From the NCBI GenBank assembly GCA_037138055.1, contig JBAXJB010000005.1:6485-70484 (forward strand): a stretch of 64,000 bases of DNA, given 5' to 3'. Positions 48,380 through 57,957 of this stretch are shown piece after piece. The notes beneath the pieces are model-generated. The model had not been told where the DNA came from and searched no databases. It worked only from the letters and a program-made list of their open reading frames with translations. A program made the position numbers and the translations under genes. This stretch comes from Alphaproteobacteria bacterium. GTDB taxonomy: Bacteria > Pseudomonadota > Alphaproteobacteria > Paracaedibacterales > CAITNM01. The first letter of the stretch is position 1, and the number at the start of each line of letters is the position of its first letter.

Positions 48380-49684
48380 ATGCGTTTATTAATTGTTGGA
48401 TCTTTGAATGGATATGTCAGCTCAGCTGCAAAAATTGCAATTGCAAGTGGAGCGAAGGTTTCACATGTTCCTGAAATTGACGAAGGACTTGAAAGTTTGC
48501 GTTCTGGAAAAGGCGCTGACATGGTCATGGTTGATTTAACGCTGGATATTTTCAAATTTTTAACAGCGATAAAAAATGAGCGTATTGTTATCCCTGTGGT
48601 TGCATGTGGTGTAACCCCAGATCCAGATCGTGCTGCTGAAGCAATTCGTGCAGGCGCAAAAGAATATATTACCTTACCACCCGATCCGGAATTAATTGCA
48701 GCAGTGCTTCAGGCCGTAACAAGAGAAGATTTATATGTTATTCATAATGATCCTAAAACAAAGCAAATATTAACCTTTGCAAACAGAATTGCACCAAGTG
48801 AAGCAAATATCTTAATTACCGGTGAATCAGGAACTGGCAAAGAAATAATGGCAAATTTTATTCATCAACAATCAAAACGAAGAGAACGTCCATTTATTTC
48901 TATAAATTGTGCTGCCATCCCAGAAAATTTGCTTGAGTCAGAATTATTTGGTCATGAAAAAGGATCTTTTACAGGTGCTATTGCTAGACGTATAGGAAAA
49001 TTTGAAGAAGCTTCAGGTGGTACTCTATTACTGGATGAAGTTACTGAAATGCATCCTCGATTACAAGCTAAACTTTTACGTGCAGTGCAGGAAAGGGTCA
49101 TTGATCGCGTTGGAAGCGCGCACCCTATTCGCATTGATATTCGCATTATTGCCACTTCAAATCGAAATATGCTGGAAGCTGTAAAAGCTCAAGAATTTCG
49201 TGAAGACTTATATTTTCGCCTAAATGTGGTAAATATTGAAATGCCAAGCCTTCGCGAGCGCCCAGGTGATATTGAACCGTTAGCAACGTATTTTATTCAA
49301 AAATATTGCGAACTGAATCTTATTAGTCCAAAAAAATTATCCACGATTGCTCTTGATAATCTTCTTGCACATAGTTGGCCTGGTAATGTTCGTGAATTAG
49401 AAAATAGTATTCATAGAGCTGTGCTTATGGCTCAAGAGGACACAATTACACCTGAAGATATTTTTGGAATAAATGGGCCTGTATCATCTGAAAAATCTGA
49501 TTCTAATCCAATTTTAGTAGGCAGGAAAGTTTCTGAAGTGGAACGTGAATTAATCCTACATACTTTGGATCACTGTCTTGGAAATAGAACACATGCCGCG
49601 AATATTTTGGGAATTTCTATTCGCACACTACGAAATAAGCTCAAAGAATATTCAGACTCTAATGTTTCTTCCACTTACCTATAG
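48380..49684 (+). CDS. flbD: Sigma-54-dependent flagellar transcriptional regulator, FlbD-like
   Basis: Receiver-like N-domain, an AAA+ sigma-54 activator core (GESGTGKE; GSFTGA variant of GAFTGA; LLLDEV; RVIATSNR-type), and a C-terminal Fis-type HTH (NRTHAANILGISIRTLRNKL). Its position after fliN matches Caulobacter. Confidence 0.85.
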   Translation: MRLLIVGSLNGYVSSAAKIAIASGAKVSHVPEIDEGLESLRSGKGADMVMVDLTLDIFKFLTAIKNERIVIPVVACGVTPDPDRAAEAIRAGAKEYITLPPDPELIAAVLQAVTREDLYVIHNDPKTKQILTFANRIAPSEANILITGESGTGKEIMANFIHQQSKRRERPFISINCAAIPENLLESELFGHEKGSFTGAIARRIGKFEEASGGTLLLDEVTEMHPRLQAKLLRAVQERVIDRVGSAHPIRIDIRIIATSNRNMLEAVKAQEFREDLYFRLNVVNIEMPSLRERPGDIEPLATYFIQKYCELNLISPKKLSTIALDNLLAHSWPGNVRELENSIHRAVLMAQEDTITPEDIFGINGPVSSEKSDSNPILVGRKVSEVERELILHTLDHCLGNRTHAANILGISIRTLRNKLKEYSDSNVSSTYL

Positions 49685-49695
49685 GAGAAAACAGA

Positions 49696-51804
49696 ATGGC
49701 AGCTGCAATTGAGTTCAAAGCTACCGCTCCTAGCTTTGCTGATCTGATAAAAAGAGCCGATATATCATTCGCTGTTGGCGTTCTTACCATCATGGTTGTT
49801 TTGCTAATGCCAATGCCAAAACCATTAATGGATTTTGCTTTAGCGCTTTCCATCACTTTTTCTGTAATGATTTTAATGACATCACTATTCATTATGAAAC
49901 CTAATGAATTTAGCTCATTTCCTACTGTTCTTCTTATAGCCACAATGATCCGTTTATCTTTGAACGTGGCCTCAACTAGATTAATTTTATCTCATGGACA
50001 TGAAGGCACATCTGCTGCAGGCAAAGTCATTGAAGCCTTTGGTCAGTTTGTAATTGGGGGAAATTTTGTTATTGGAATTGTAGTTTTCATTATTCTAATC
50101 ATTGTAAATTTCGTGGTTATTACTAAGGGTTCAGGGCGTATCGCTGAAGTTGCTGCCAGATTTAGCTTAGATGGAATGCCAGGCAAACAAATGGCTATTG
50201 ATGCGGATTTAGCCGCTGGAATGATTGACGAGCCTGAAGCACGCAGACGTCGCAAAGAAATTGAATCTGAGAGTAATTTCTATGGAGCAATGGATGGTGC
50301 AGCCAAGTTTGTGCGCGGAGATGCAATTGCAGGACTACTGATCACATTCATCAATATTATTGGTGGAATTATTATTGGAGTTGCTCAAAACAACATGAGT
50401 TTTGGCGATGCTTTTCATACCTATACGCTTTTAACAGTAGGTGATGGCTTGGTAACGCAGATTCCTGCGCTTATTGTTTCTATGGCTTCTGGTTTGTTGG
50501 TATCTAAAGCTGGTATTGAAGGAGCAACCGATAAAGCTTTGTATCGCCAATTAAGCGCTTATCCCACAGCTTTAGGAATGGCTTCTTTTGTAATGGCAGC
50601 AATGGGTTTGCTACCAGGCATTCCTATCATGCCATTTGTAATTTTAGCGTCTCTTGCAGGATATGCTTCGTGGAATTCATACCAAGAACAGCTGAATGTT
50701 GAAAATAAAGATAATCTCGATAAACACACTAAAGACACCGATGATAATCAAAAATCCTTAGAACAAACATCAGCACCTGCAATATCTCTACCGTTAGATA
50801 TGATTCGTCTTGAATTGGGCTATGGCTTATTAACACTTTTAAATGGTGAAAAAAATAGACAGCTTGGTGAGCAAATTAAAAATCTGCGTACACAGCTACA
50901 GCAAGAAATGGGCATTTATCTTCCTCAAGTTCGTATCCAAGACAATATGCAACTTGGTAATAATGAATATGTCATCCGCATAAAAGAATTAGATGCCGGG
51001 AAAGGATACTTAAAACCAGGGGATCTAATGGTTATGGATCCTCGCGCGGAACCAATTACATTAATAGGTGAGCATACAAGGGAACCAAGCTTTGGATTAC
51101 CAGCAATGTGGATTTCTGGCTCAGTGAAAGCAGATGCTGAAAATCTAGGTTACACCATAGTTGAACCATCAGTAGTTCTAACAACCCATCTAACAGAAGT
51201 TATCAAAGATAATATCGGCGAACTAGTTACCTTTGCTGATGTTCAAAAATTACTTGATGATATGAGTGAAACCTACAAAAAACTTCTAAATGATGTTGTT
51301 CCAGGACAAATTACAGTAGGTGGCATTCAACGAGTGCTGCAAAATCTGGTTGGTGAGCGTGTTTCAATTCGTGATCTTCCAACAATTCTTGAAGGCATTG
51401 CAGAAGCATGTAATTTTTCAAGAAATATTGTAACCATTACTGAACATGTGCGACTACGCTTAAGCAGACAAATTACTTTTAGTAACGCTGATAACGAAGG
51501 TGTTTTAAACATTGTCACTTTAAGCCCACAATGGGAACAAATCATCAGTGATTCCGTTGTTGGTGATGGAGATGCACGTCAATTGGCCCTGCCCCCAAGC
51601 CAGATGCAAGAATTTATTTTTCGTTGCAATGAAACCTATGACCGCCTTGCAATGATGGGTGAAATGCCAGTTCTTGTGACCACTGCCTATATTCGTTCAT
51701 TCATCAGATCGATTCTTGAAAGAGTACGCCCATCAGTTGTTATAATGTCGCAAAATGAAGTGCACCCGAAAGTAAAAATCCGCTCTCTTGGTCAGCTTGA
51801 GTAA
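49696..51804 (+). CDS. flhA: Flagellar type III export gate protein FlhA
   Basis: 702 aa with conserved FHIPEP blocks (FPTVLLIATMIRLSLNVASTRLIL; RFSLDGMPGKQMAIDADL; GAMDGAAKFVRGDAIAG). Confidence 0.95.
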   Translation: MAAAIEFKATAPSFADLIKRADISFAVGVLTIMVVLLMPMPKPLMDFALALSITFSVMILMTSLFIMKPNEFSSFPTVLLIATMIRLSLNVASTRLILSHGHEGTSAAGKVIEAFGQFVIGGNFVIGIVVFIILIIVNFVVITKGSGRIAEVAARFSLDGMPGKQMAIDADLAAGMIDEPEARRRRKEIESESNFYGAMDGAAKFVRGDAIAGLLITFINIIGGIIIGVAQNNMSFGDAFHTYTLLTVGDGLVTQIPALIVSMASGLLVSKAGIEGATDKALYRQLSAYPTALGMASFVMAAMGLLPGIPIMPFVILASLAGYASWNSYQEQLNVENKDNLDKHTKDTDDNQKSLEQTSAPAISLPLDMIRLELGYGLLTLLNGEKNRQLGEQIKNLRTQLQQEMGIYLPQVRIQDNMQLGNNEYVIRIKELDAGKGYLKPGDLMVMDPRAEPITLIGEHTREPSFGLPAMWISGSVKADAENLGYTIVEPSVVLTTHLTEVIKDNIGELVTFADVQKLLDDMSETYKKLLNDVVPGQITVGGIQRVLQNLVGERVSIRDLPTILEGIAEACNFSRNIVTITEHVRLRLSRQITFSNADNEGVLNIVTLSPQWEQIISDSVVGDGDARQLALPPSQMQEFIFRCNETYDRLAMMGEMPVLVTTAYIRSFIRSILERVRPSVVIMSQNEVHPKVKIRSLGQLE

Positions 51805-51826
51805 TCTTTGGAATTAAGATTTTTTT
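51803..51826 (+). terminator. Weak candidate terminator after flhA
   Basis: AATCTT-TGGAATT-AAGATT hairpin followed by a run of T's. The stem is only 6 bp and AT-rich. Confidence 0.3.
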
Positions 51827-51852
51827 AATTGTTCAAGTGATATTATTGGGGA

Positions 51853-52986
51853 ATGAAAGACCGTTTATATGCCATTTGGCAAAAAGCTGACAAAAGACAC
51901 CAAAGCTTTATTGGTTCTGGGGCTGTTGCAGTATGCTTTTTGATATGGTTTTTCGTTAGCAGTTCAAGTTCCGTTGCTGTTAATGTCCCTACCGTAACAA
52001 TCGCTTATGTTAAACGGCAAACTATTCCTCAAATAATTAAAGTTCCGTCCATATTAAAAGCTCACGCTGAAGTGTTAATTCGCAATCGCGTAGATGGGCA
52101 AATCAAAAAAATACATTTTAATGAAGGACAAGTTGTTGAAGAAGGCGCATTACTGTTCAGTATTGATGATGATCTTTTGCAAACTCAATTAAAACAAGTT
52201 GAAGCAAGTGCTGAAAAAAACACAGCACTTTTGGCACAATCTGAAAAAGAAATGAAACGCTATCAAATTCTTGTCAAAAAAAGCATTGTAACCCAATCGG
52301 CAGTTGATAAATTGGAAGCAACCTTAAAAAGTAATAAAGCTAATTTAGATGCCGATAAAGCTCAAATTGATTCATTAAAGTTGCAGATAGGCTATGCACA
52401 AATAAAATCTCCCATGAATGGTATAGCAGGCTTTGTAAAAGCTGAGCCAGGTGCATTTGTGCGTCAGTCAGAGGATATGCCTTTAGTTTCTATTGTTCAG
52501 ATTGATCCCATTGATGTGATTTTTGATATACCAGAAAAATATTTATCTCAAGTGCTGAACAACAGCATGGATAATATTAAAATAACTCTTACTGATATTA
52601 ATCAAAAATCTGTCAATAACGCATGTAACCCTAGTGCTATTGATCAAGGAGTAAATGCTAAATCCGGAGTATTTTCTTTAAAAGTATCTGTTGAAAACAA
52701 AAATTTGCATTTACGACCGGGCATGTCTGTAAATGGTTCTATTGAATATGACTCCTATAAAGACGTTCTTGTTGTGCCAAATGATGCAGTGCTAATTGGT
52801 CAAGAAGGAAGTTATGTCTACACATTTGACCAGAAAACCAAAAAAGTTAAAAAGAAAAATATTAAAATAAAAGACACTTTAGAAAAAACTATTGTTATTG
52901 AGAGTGGGTTACAAGAAAGTGATATTGTTGTGACCGAAGGGCAAATTCGCATCAAAGATGGTATAACTGCAAAAGCAAAACAATGA
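51853..52986 (+). CDS. RND efflux periplasmic adaptor (membrane fusion protein, HlyD/AcrA family)
   Basis: 377 aa with an N-terminal TM anchor, a lipoyl/coiled-coil/beta-barrel layout (RNRVDGQIKKIHFNEGQVVEEGALLFSID; ...IKSPMNGIAG), and ATGA coupling to the pump gene. Confidence 0.85.
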   Translation: MKDRLYAIWQKADKRHQSFIGSGAVAVCFLIWFFVSSSSSVAVNVPTVTIAYVKRQTIPQIIKVPSILKAHAEVLIRNRVDGQIKKIHFNEGQVVEEGALLFSIDDDLLQTQLKQVEASAEKNTALLAQSEKEMKRYQILVKKSIVTQSAVDKLEATLKSNKANLDADKAQIDSLKLQIGYAQIKSPMNGIAGFVKAEPGAFVRQSEDMPLVSIVQIDPIDVIFDIPEKYLSQVLNNSMDNIKITLTDINQKSVNNACNPSAIDQGVNAKSGVFSLKVSVENKNLHLRPGMSVNGSIEYDSYKDVLVVPNDAVLIGQEGSYVYTFDQKTKKVKKKNIKIKDTLEKTIVIESGLQESDIVVTEGQIRIKDGITAKAKQ

Positions 52987-55900
52987 ATATTTCAGCACTT
53001 TTTATCAAGCGTCCAGTTATGACCACTCTACTGATGGTGTGGTTGGTGTTAATGAGTTGCTTTGCATATAGAGCATTGCCCGTAAGCGCTTTACCAAAGA
53101 TAGAATTTCCTGTTATTCAAGTAAGCGCAAAGCTATCTGGTGCAAGCCCAGAAACAATGGCGCAAGCTGTTTCATTACCTCTTGAACAAAAATTTTCTGC
53201 CATTGCCGGCCTTGATGCAATGACTTCTTCAAATGCACAAGGTATCACTCAGATAACATTACAATTTGGGTTAGATATTGATTTAAACTCAGCTGCTCAA
53301 GATGTAAGTGCTGCAATTTCTACAGCCCAAGCTAATTTACCTAGTAATATGACAGCATTGCCAACATTTAAGAAACTTAACCCTTCCGAACAACCAATTA
53401 TTATTTTAGCTATGAATTCTGATTCAATGCCAATTTGGCAGCTTAATAACTTTGCAGAAAATTTTGTAGTTAATCGTTTATCAATGCTGCCTGACGTAGC
53501 TCAAGTTGATGTAATAGGTCAACAACGATATGCAGTACGTGTATACGTTAAACCTGAATTACTTAAAACAAGAGAAATTGGCCTTGATCTAATTGCCACT
53601 AACATTGCACAAGCTAATATAAATGGAGCTTCGGGTATTTTACAGGGACCGTCTCAAGCATTTATGCTTTTACCTGAATCTCAGTTAAAAAATGCAAAAG
53701 AATTTAGTGAAATACTTGTTAACAAAAATACAAACTTACGTTTAAAAGATGTGGCAACGGTAGTTGATGATGTTGATAACATTTATTCGTCAGCTTGGTT
53801 TAATGGTAAACGCAGTATTCTTTTAGCTATTAGTCGGCAACCTGGGTCAAATGCAATTAGTGTGGCTGATAGGATAAAAGAAGTTTTACCTGAAATTCAA
53901 AAACAGTTACCACAAAGTTTAGACTTACAAATATTTGTTGATAGAACCATTTCAATTCGAGATTCTGTAAAAGAAATACAGCTTACCGGGTTAATGACCA
54001 TTGCACTGGTAGTTCTTGTTATCTTTTTATTTTTAAGAAATATTCAAGCAACTCTTATACCAGCTCTTAGCTTACCAATATCATTAGTGATAACTTTTTC
54101 TGCTATGTATTTTTTGCACTTTAGCTTGAATAACCTTACGCTAATGGCGCTGACACTTGCTACGGGTTTTGTGATAGATGATGCGATTGTAGTACTTGAA
54201 AACATTATGGTGCATCGTGAACGCGGTTTGTCACCATATGAAGCAGCCTTAAAAGGATCTAAGGAAATTTCATTTACTGTTATTTCAATGACGCTGTCTT
54301 TAATTGCTGCGTTTATTCCTGTGTTGTTTATGTCAGGTATTATTGGAAGGCTGCTACACGAATTTGCAATAACAATTACTGTTGCAATTTTAGCATCTGG
54401 ATTTGTGTCGTTATCTCTCATTCCAATGCTAAGTCAATACATAACAACAGATCATAAAGAAAGCAAAAATTCAGCTCTGCTATGGTTCAAAGAAATCTAT
54501 GACAAAATGGCACAAGCATACGCTAAAACGTTAAAAACTATGTTTCGTTTTCAAAAACATATTATAACTTTTGTTTTAAGTATTTTTGTTATTAATATAA
54601 TTTTTTACATTTTTATCCCAAAAGGTTTTTTCCCAAATGAAGACACAGGACTTATTTATGGAATTGGAGAGGTGCTTCCAGGAACATCATTTGATTCCAT
54701 GAAAAAAACTGAGGAAAAGCTTATACAAATATTAAATGATGATTCCAATGTCGATTGTTACAATTGTTCTATTGGAGCATCAAGCACTACTGTTGCTAAC
54801 AATGAAGGACGTTTTTTTATAAAGCTAAAACCATTAGAAAAGCGAGAGCCTATTGAAATGGTAATGAAAGGATTGAGATCAAAATTTACAGATGTGCAGG
54901 ATTTAAAAATATCAATGCAGCCTGTACAAAATTTGCGAGTTGGTGCATCTCTTTCAAAAAGCCAATATCAATACACACTTCAATCACAAGACTTTAAAGT
55001 ACTTTCTGAGTTTGCTGGAAAAATGGAAACAAAAATTGGAAAGTCACCTGGTTTTTTGGATGTTAATTCAGACTTAAAAATGAATAGCTTGCAGGCTGAT
55101 GTAAAAATTGACCGCGACCGTGCAACTCGTTTTGGCTTATCTATTCAAAAAATTACCGAAGCACTATCATATGCTTATGCCGATACCCAAGTATCTACGA
55201 TTTATACTGAATCAAACACCTATCCAGTAATTCTAGCCTTAGAAAAAAAAGAAGCAGAAACGCTGCATGATTTGTCAAAATTATATGTCACAGCAGATGA
55301 TGGAACCTTAGTACCATTAACTTCAGTTGCAACAATTGATCGAAAAAATGCACCTCTTACCGTGAATCACTTGAATCGTTTAGCTGCAGCCACAATATCT
55401 TTCAACCTTAAACCAGGCATGAGTTTAAGTAAGGCCATTGCTATTATCAAGGAAGCTGAAAAAGAATTAAAAATGCCAACAACTGTTACCAGCGTATACC
55501 AAGGGACCGCACAAGCATTCAAAGAATCACAAGGCGGACAACTAATGTTGATTTTAGCAACTGTATTCACCATCTACATTATCTTAGGAATTCTGTATGA
55601 AAGCTATCGCCATCCAATTACGATTTTGACAGGATTACCAAGTGCTGGGTTAGGTGCACTGATATTTTTGTGGCTATTTAGATTTGATTTAGATGTTATT
55701 GGCATTATCGGTATTGTGTTACTCATTGGCATTGTTAAAAAAAATGCGATTATGATGATCGATTATGCCCTTGAACAACAACGAACAAACAATTTATCTG
55801 CTAAAGAAGCTATTATAGAAGCATGCGCTAGGCGGTTTCGCCCTATTATGATGACGACCTTTGCAGCTATTGTAGGCGCTATTCCTATTGCTTTCGGACA

Positions 55901-56051
55901 AGGATCAGGTGCTGAGCTTAGGCAACCTTTGGGTGTTTGTATTATTGGCGGATTATTACTTTCCCAGTGGTTGACATTATATATCACTCCACTTTTTTAC
56001 GTTTGGATTGAAGAACGCAAAAATTCAAAAAAAGCAGCCTCCTTACATTAA
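52983..56051 (+). CDS. RND-family efflux transporter permease (AcrB/MdtB-like)
   Basis: 1022 aa with the N-terminus FIKRPVMTTLLM, a 12-TM layout with two large periplasmic loops, and conserved TM4/TM10 regions (ATGFVIDDAIVVLENI; GIVKKNAIMMIDYA). Confidence 0.92.
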   Translation: MNISALFIKRPVMTTLLMVWLVLMSCFAYRALPVSALPKIEFPVIQVSAKLSGASPETMAQAVSLPLEQKFSAIAGLDAMTSSNAQGITQITLQFGLDIDLNSAAQDVSAAISTAQANLPSNMTALPTFKKLNPSEQPIIILAMNSDSMPIWQLNNFAENFVVNRLSMLPDVAQVDVIGQQRYAVRVYVKPELLKTREIGLDLIATNIAQANINGASGILQGPSQAFMLLPESQLKNAKEFSEILVNKNTNLRLKDVATVVDDVDNIYSSAWFNGKRSILLAISRQPGSNAISVADRIKEVLPEIQKQLPQSLDLQIFVDRTISIRDSVKEIQLTGLMTIALVVLVIFLFLRNIQATLIPALSLPISLVITFSAMYFLHFSLNNLTLMALTLATGFVIDDAIVVLENIMVHRERGLSPYEAALKGSKEISFTVISMTLSLIAAFIPVLFMSGIIGRLLHEFAITITVAILASGFVSLSLIPMLSQYITTDHKESKNSALLWFKEIYDKMAQAYAKTLKTMFRFQKHIITFVLSIFVINIIFYIFIPKGFFPNEDTGLIYGIGEVLPGTSFDSMKKTEEKLIQILNDDSNVDCYNCSIGASSTTVANNEGRFFIKLKPLEKREPIEMVMKGLRSKFTDVQDLKISMQPVQNLRVGASLSKSQYQYTLQSQDFKVLSEFAGKMETKIGKSPGFLDVNSDLKMNSLQADVKIDRDRATRFGLSIQKITEALSYAYADTQVSTIYTESNTYPVILALEKKEAETLHDLSKLYVTADDGTLVPLTSVATIDRKNAPLTVNHLNRLAAATISFNLKPGMSLSKAIAIIKEAEKELKMPTTVTSVYQGTAQAFKESQGGQLMLILATVFTIYIILGILYESYRHPITILTGLPSAGLGALIFLWLFRFDLDVIGIIGIVLLIGIVKKNAIMMIDYALEQQRTNNLSAKEAIIEACARRFRPIMMTTFAAIVGAIPIAFGQGSGAELRQPLGVCIIGGLLLSQWLTLYITPLFYVWIEERKNSKKAASLH

Positions 56052-56747
56052 TCGTAATTTCTGCATCAGTTCCTGACGCGCTATTGGTAAGGATTTATGA
56101 TGACTCGCATGATGCACCAAAAAATGTCCAGTAAGCAGTAATGAATTTACAAAGTCTAATTTTGTAGGCGAACTATCTTTATTAATTAGAAAATCAGGCA
56201 GCACTAGCAGTCTGTTAATGTAGGGTAGTGCAGCTTCGTAACAAACAGCACAACCTGTCTTCGGTGAAACATGCGTTAGGTTTTTAAGCGATTTAGTCAC
56301 TGCGCAAGAATCTAAGCTTAGACCAAATCCCAACTCCTCAATCAGTAACACTTCAAAAAAGCAATAGGCTTTAATCGCTTCAGATGGGTGATAAAAAAGC
56401 TGCAGTGTTTCATTCGCCTTATTCCATAAATTTAAATATGGGTGATGCTCAGGCAATAACGAACCTAACATTTCCAGCATTGTTTTAAGAGCGTAAACTC
56501 TCAAAGCATCACAAAATTGTAAACTCGAATGACTTTGCTTTGTTTCTAATTTAAAAGTTCCCAAGTGTTGCTCAAGCCTTGCTTTCTGGTAAACAGAACA
56601 TAAGTCTCCTGGTTGAGGCATAGATGATTTGGTACGTGTGATCATCCCATCAACACGTCCACGCTGTTGTGTAAACACGCTAGCAATCAGTTGTTTTTCA
56701 GAATATGTTCTGTACTTCAGAACAATTCCCGTATCTTCCCAGTTCAT
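56043..56747 (-). CDS. recO: DNA repair protein RecO
   Basis: N-terminal OB fold pattern (MNWEDTGIVLKYRTYSEKQLIASVFTQQRGR) and a C-terminal Cys pair (C..TG.AVC). The ATG at 56747 is preferred over 56756. The 3' end overlaps the RND gene by 9 nt, convergently. Confidence 0.85.
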   Translation of the reverse strand: MNWEDTGIVLKYRTYSEKQLIASVFTQQRGRVDGMITRTKSSMPQPGDLCSVYQKARLEQHLGTFKLETKQSHSSLQFCDALRVYALKTMLEMLGSLLPEHHPYLNLWNKANETLQLFYHPSEAIKAYCFFEVLLIEELGFGLSLDSCAVTKSLKNLTHVSPKTGCAVCYEAALPYINRLLVLPDFLINKDSSPTKLDFVNSLLLTGHFLVHHASHHKSLPIARQELMQKLRLM

Positions 56748-56784
56748 AAAAATCACAAAGCTTTTTTTATTAATAATTAAGTTT

Positions 56785-56812
56785 TTGACTTGTCACAAGA
56801 ATGTTTTACACT
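56785..56812 (+). promoter_or_regulatory. Candidate sigma70-type promoter for tRNA-Ala and downstream genes
   Basis: TTGACT (56785-56790), a 16-nt spacer, then TACACT (56807-56812). This lies 16 nt before the tRNA 5' end. Confidence 0.3.
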
Positions 56813-56828
56813 TAAAACAGAAGATACC

Positions 56829-56904
<76 letters not shown>

Positions 56905-56912
56905 AAGAAAGT

Positions 56913-57680
56913 GTGAGTGTGAATTCTTTAGCAAAATCGTTCGATACCTGTTCTGAAAGTTATGAAATAAGCCGGCCCGGTTATCCAAATGCAGTAGCTG
57001 AACTTTTCAAGAAAAATCTCGGCTTTAGAACATCATCAAAGTTGCTTGAACTCGCTGCTGGCACCGGAAAATTCACTGACCTGCTTGCACAACATGACTT
57101 CGCCCCTATGGTAACAGAATGGTTACCAAATATGCTGAAAGTTTTAAAATCAAAACATCCAAAATTATCTTCTGTAATATCAAGGGCAGAAGATATTCCC
57201 TTTAAGGATAATATTTTTGATGGCGTATTAGTTGCTCAAGCTTTTCACTGGTTTGCTAATCTCTCTGCTCTTGCTGATATAGCGCGCGTATTAAAACAAA
57301 ATGGCTACCTAGTAATAATATTTCAAGAACGAAATGATGCAGTGAATTGGGTTCATGAATATCATAAAATACTTTTTTCCTATCCTCATGACGAAATTGT
57401 ACGTTTTGATCTCGATAAATGGAAAAAGGTATTTAACAATCAAGATCATTTTTCTTCTTTGCAGCATCAACAATTCAATTACTCTCATCATTTTTTTAAA
57501 GAAACCCTTACTCACCGAGCATTAGGCATGAGCTTTATTGCAGCCTTACCAGACAACAAAAAACAAGAAGTAGCTCAACAAATGAAAAACCTTTGCACAA
57601 CACACGAACAACTTAAAAATCACGAGGTGATTGAATTTCCCTATATTACCCATGTATATTGGGCAAAAGTCCTGAAATGA
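56913..57680 (+). CDS. Class I SAM-dependent methyltransferase
   Basis: Motif I LELAAGTGKFT and a post-I acidic region. A GTG start at 56913 or 56919 is chosen because the ORF-track start at 56790 runs through tRNA-Ala. Confidence 0.7.
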   Translation: MSVNSLAKSFDTCSESYEISRPGYPNAVAELFKKNLGFRTSSKLLELAAGTGKFTDLLAQHDFAPMVTEWLPNMLKVLKSKHPKLSSVISRAEDIPFKDNIFDGVLVAQAFHWFANLSALADIARVLKQNGYLVIIFQERNDAVNWVHEYHKILFSYPHDEIVRFDLDKWKKVFNNQDHFSSLQHQQFNYSHHFFKETLTHRALGMSFIAALPDNKKQEVAQQMKNLCTTHEQLKNHEVIEFPYITHVYWAKVLK

Positions 57681-57690
57681 ATCTGCAGCC

Positions 57691-57957
57691 GTGCATAAAA
57701 CTATCGCATTTAAATATCTCCAGGATTTATCTGATACTTTAGAAAATGATTGGGATGCAGATTACGTTGAAGGCGCTTTGTTAATCAGATGCCCAAAGGG
57801 TCAATTTCTCTTAAATTATCACGGCACAATGGAACAAATTTGGTTTTCTTCCCCAATAACTGGAGCGCACCACTTTTCATATCGTTCAGGAAAATGGTTG
57901 TGCACTAGAACAGATAAAGAGCTTGAAAGCGTTCTAAGGCAGGACCTAGATGCGTGA
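57691..57957 (+). CDS. cyaY: Frataxin homologue CyaY (iron-sulfur cluster assembly)
   Basis: 88 aa (short for the family) with a GTG start and a CyaY/frataxin pattern: an acidic helix (LSDTLENDWDAD), then LNYHGTMEQIWFSSPITGAHHFSY. Confidence 0.78.
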   Translation: MHKTIAFKYLQDLSDTLENDWDADYVEGALLIRCPKGQFLLNYHGTMEQIWFSSPITGAHHFSYRSGKWLCTRTDKELESVLRQDLDA

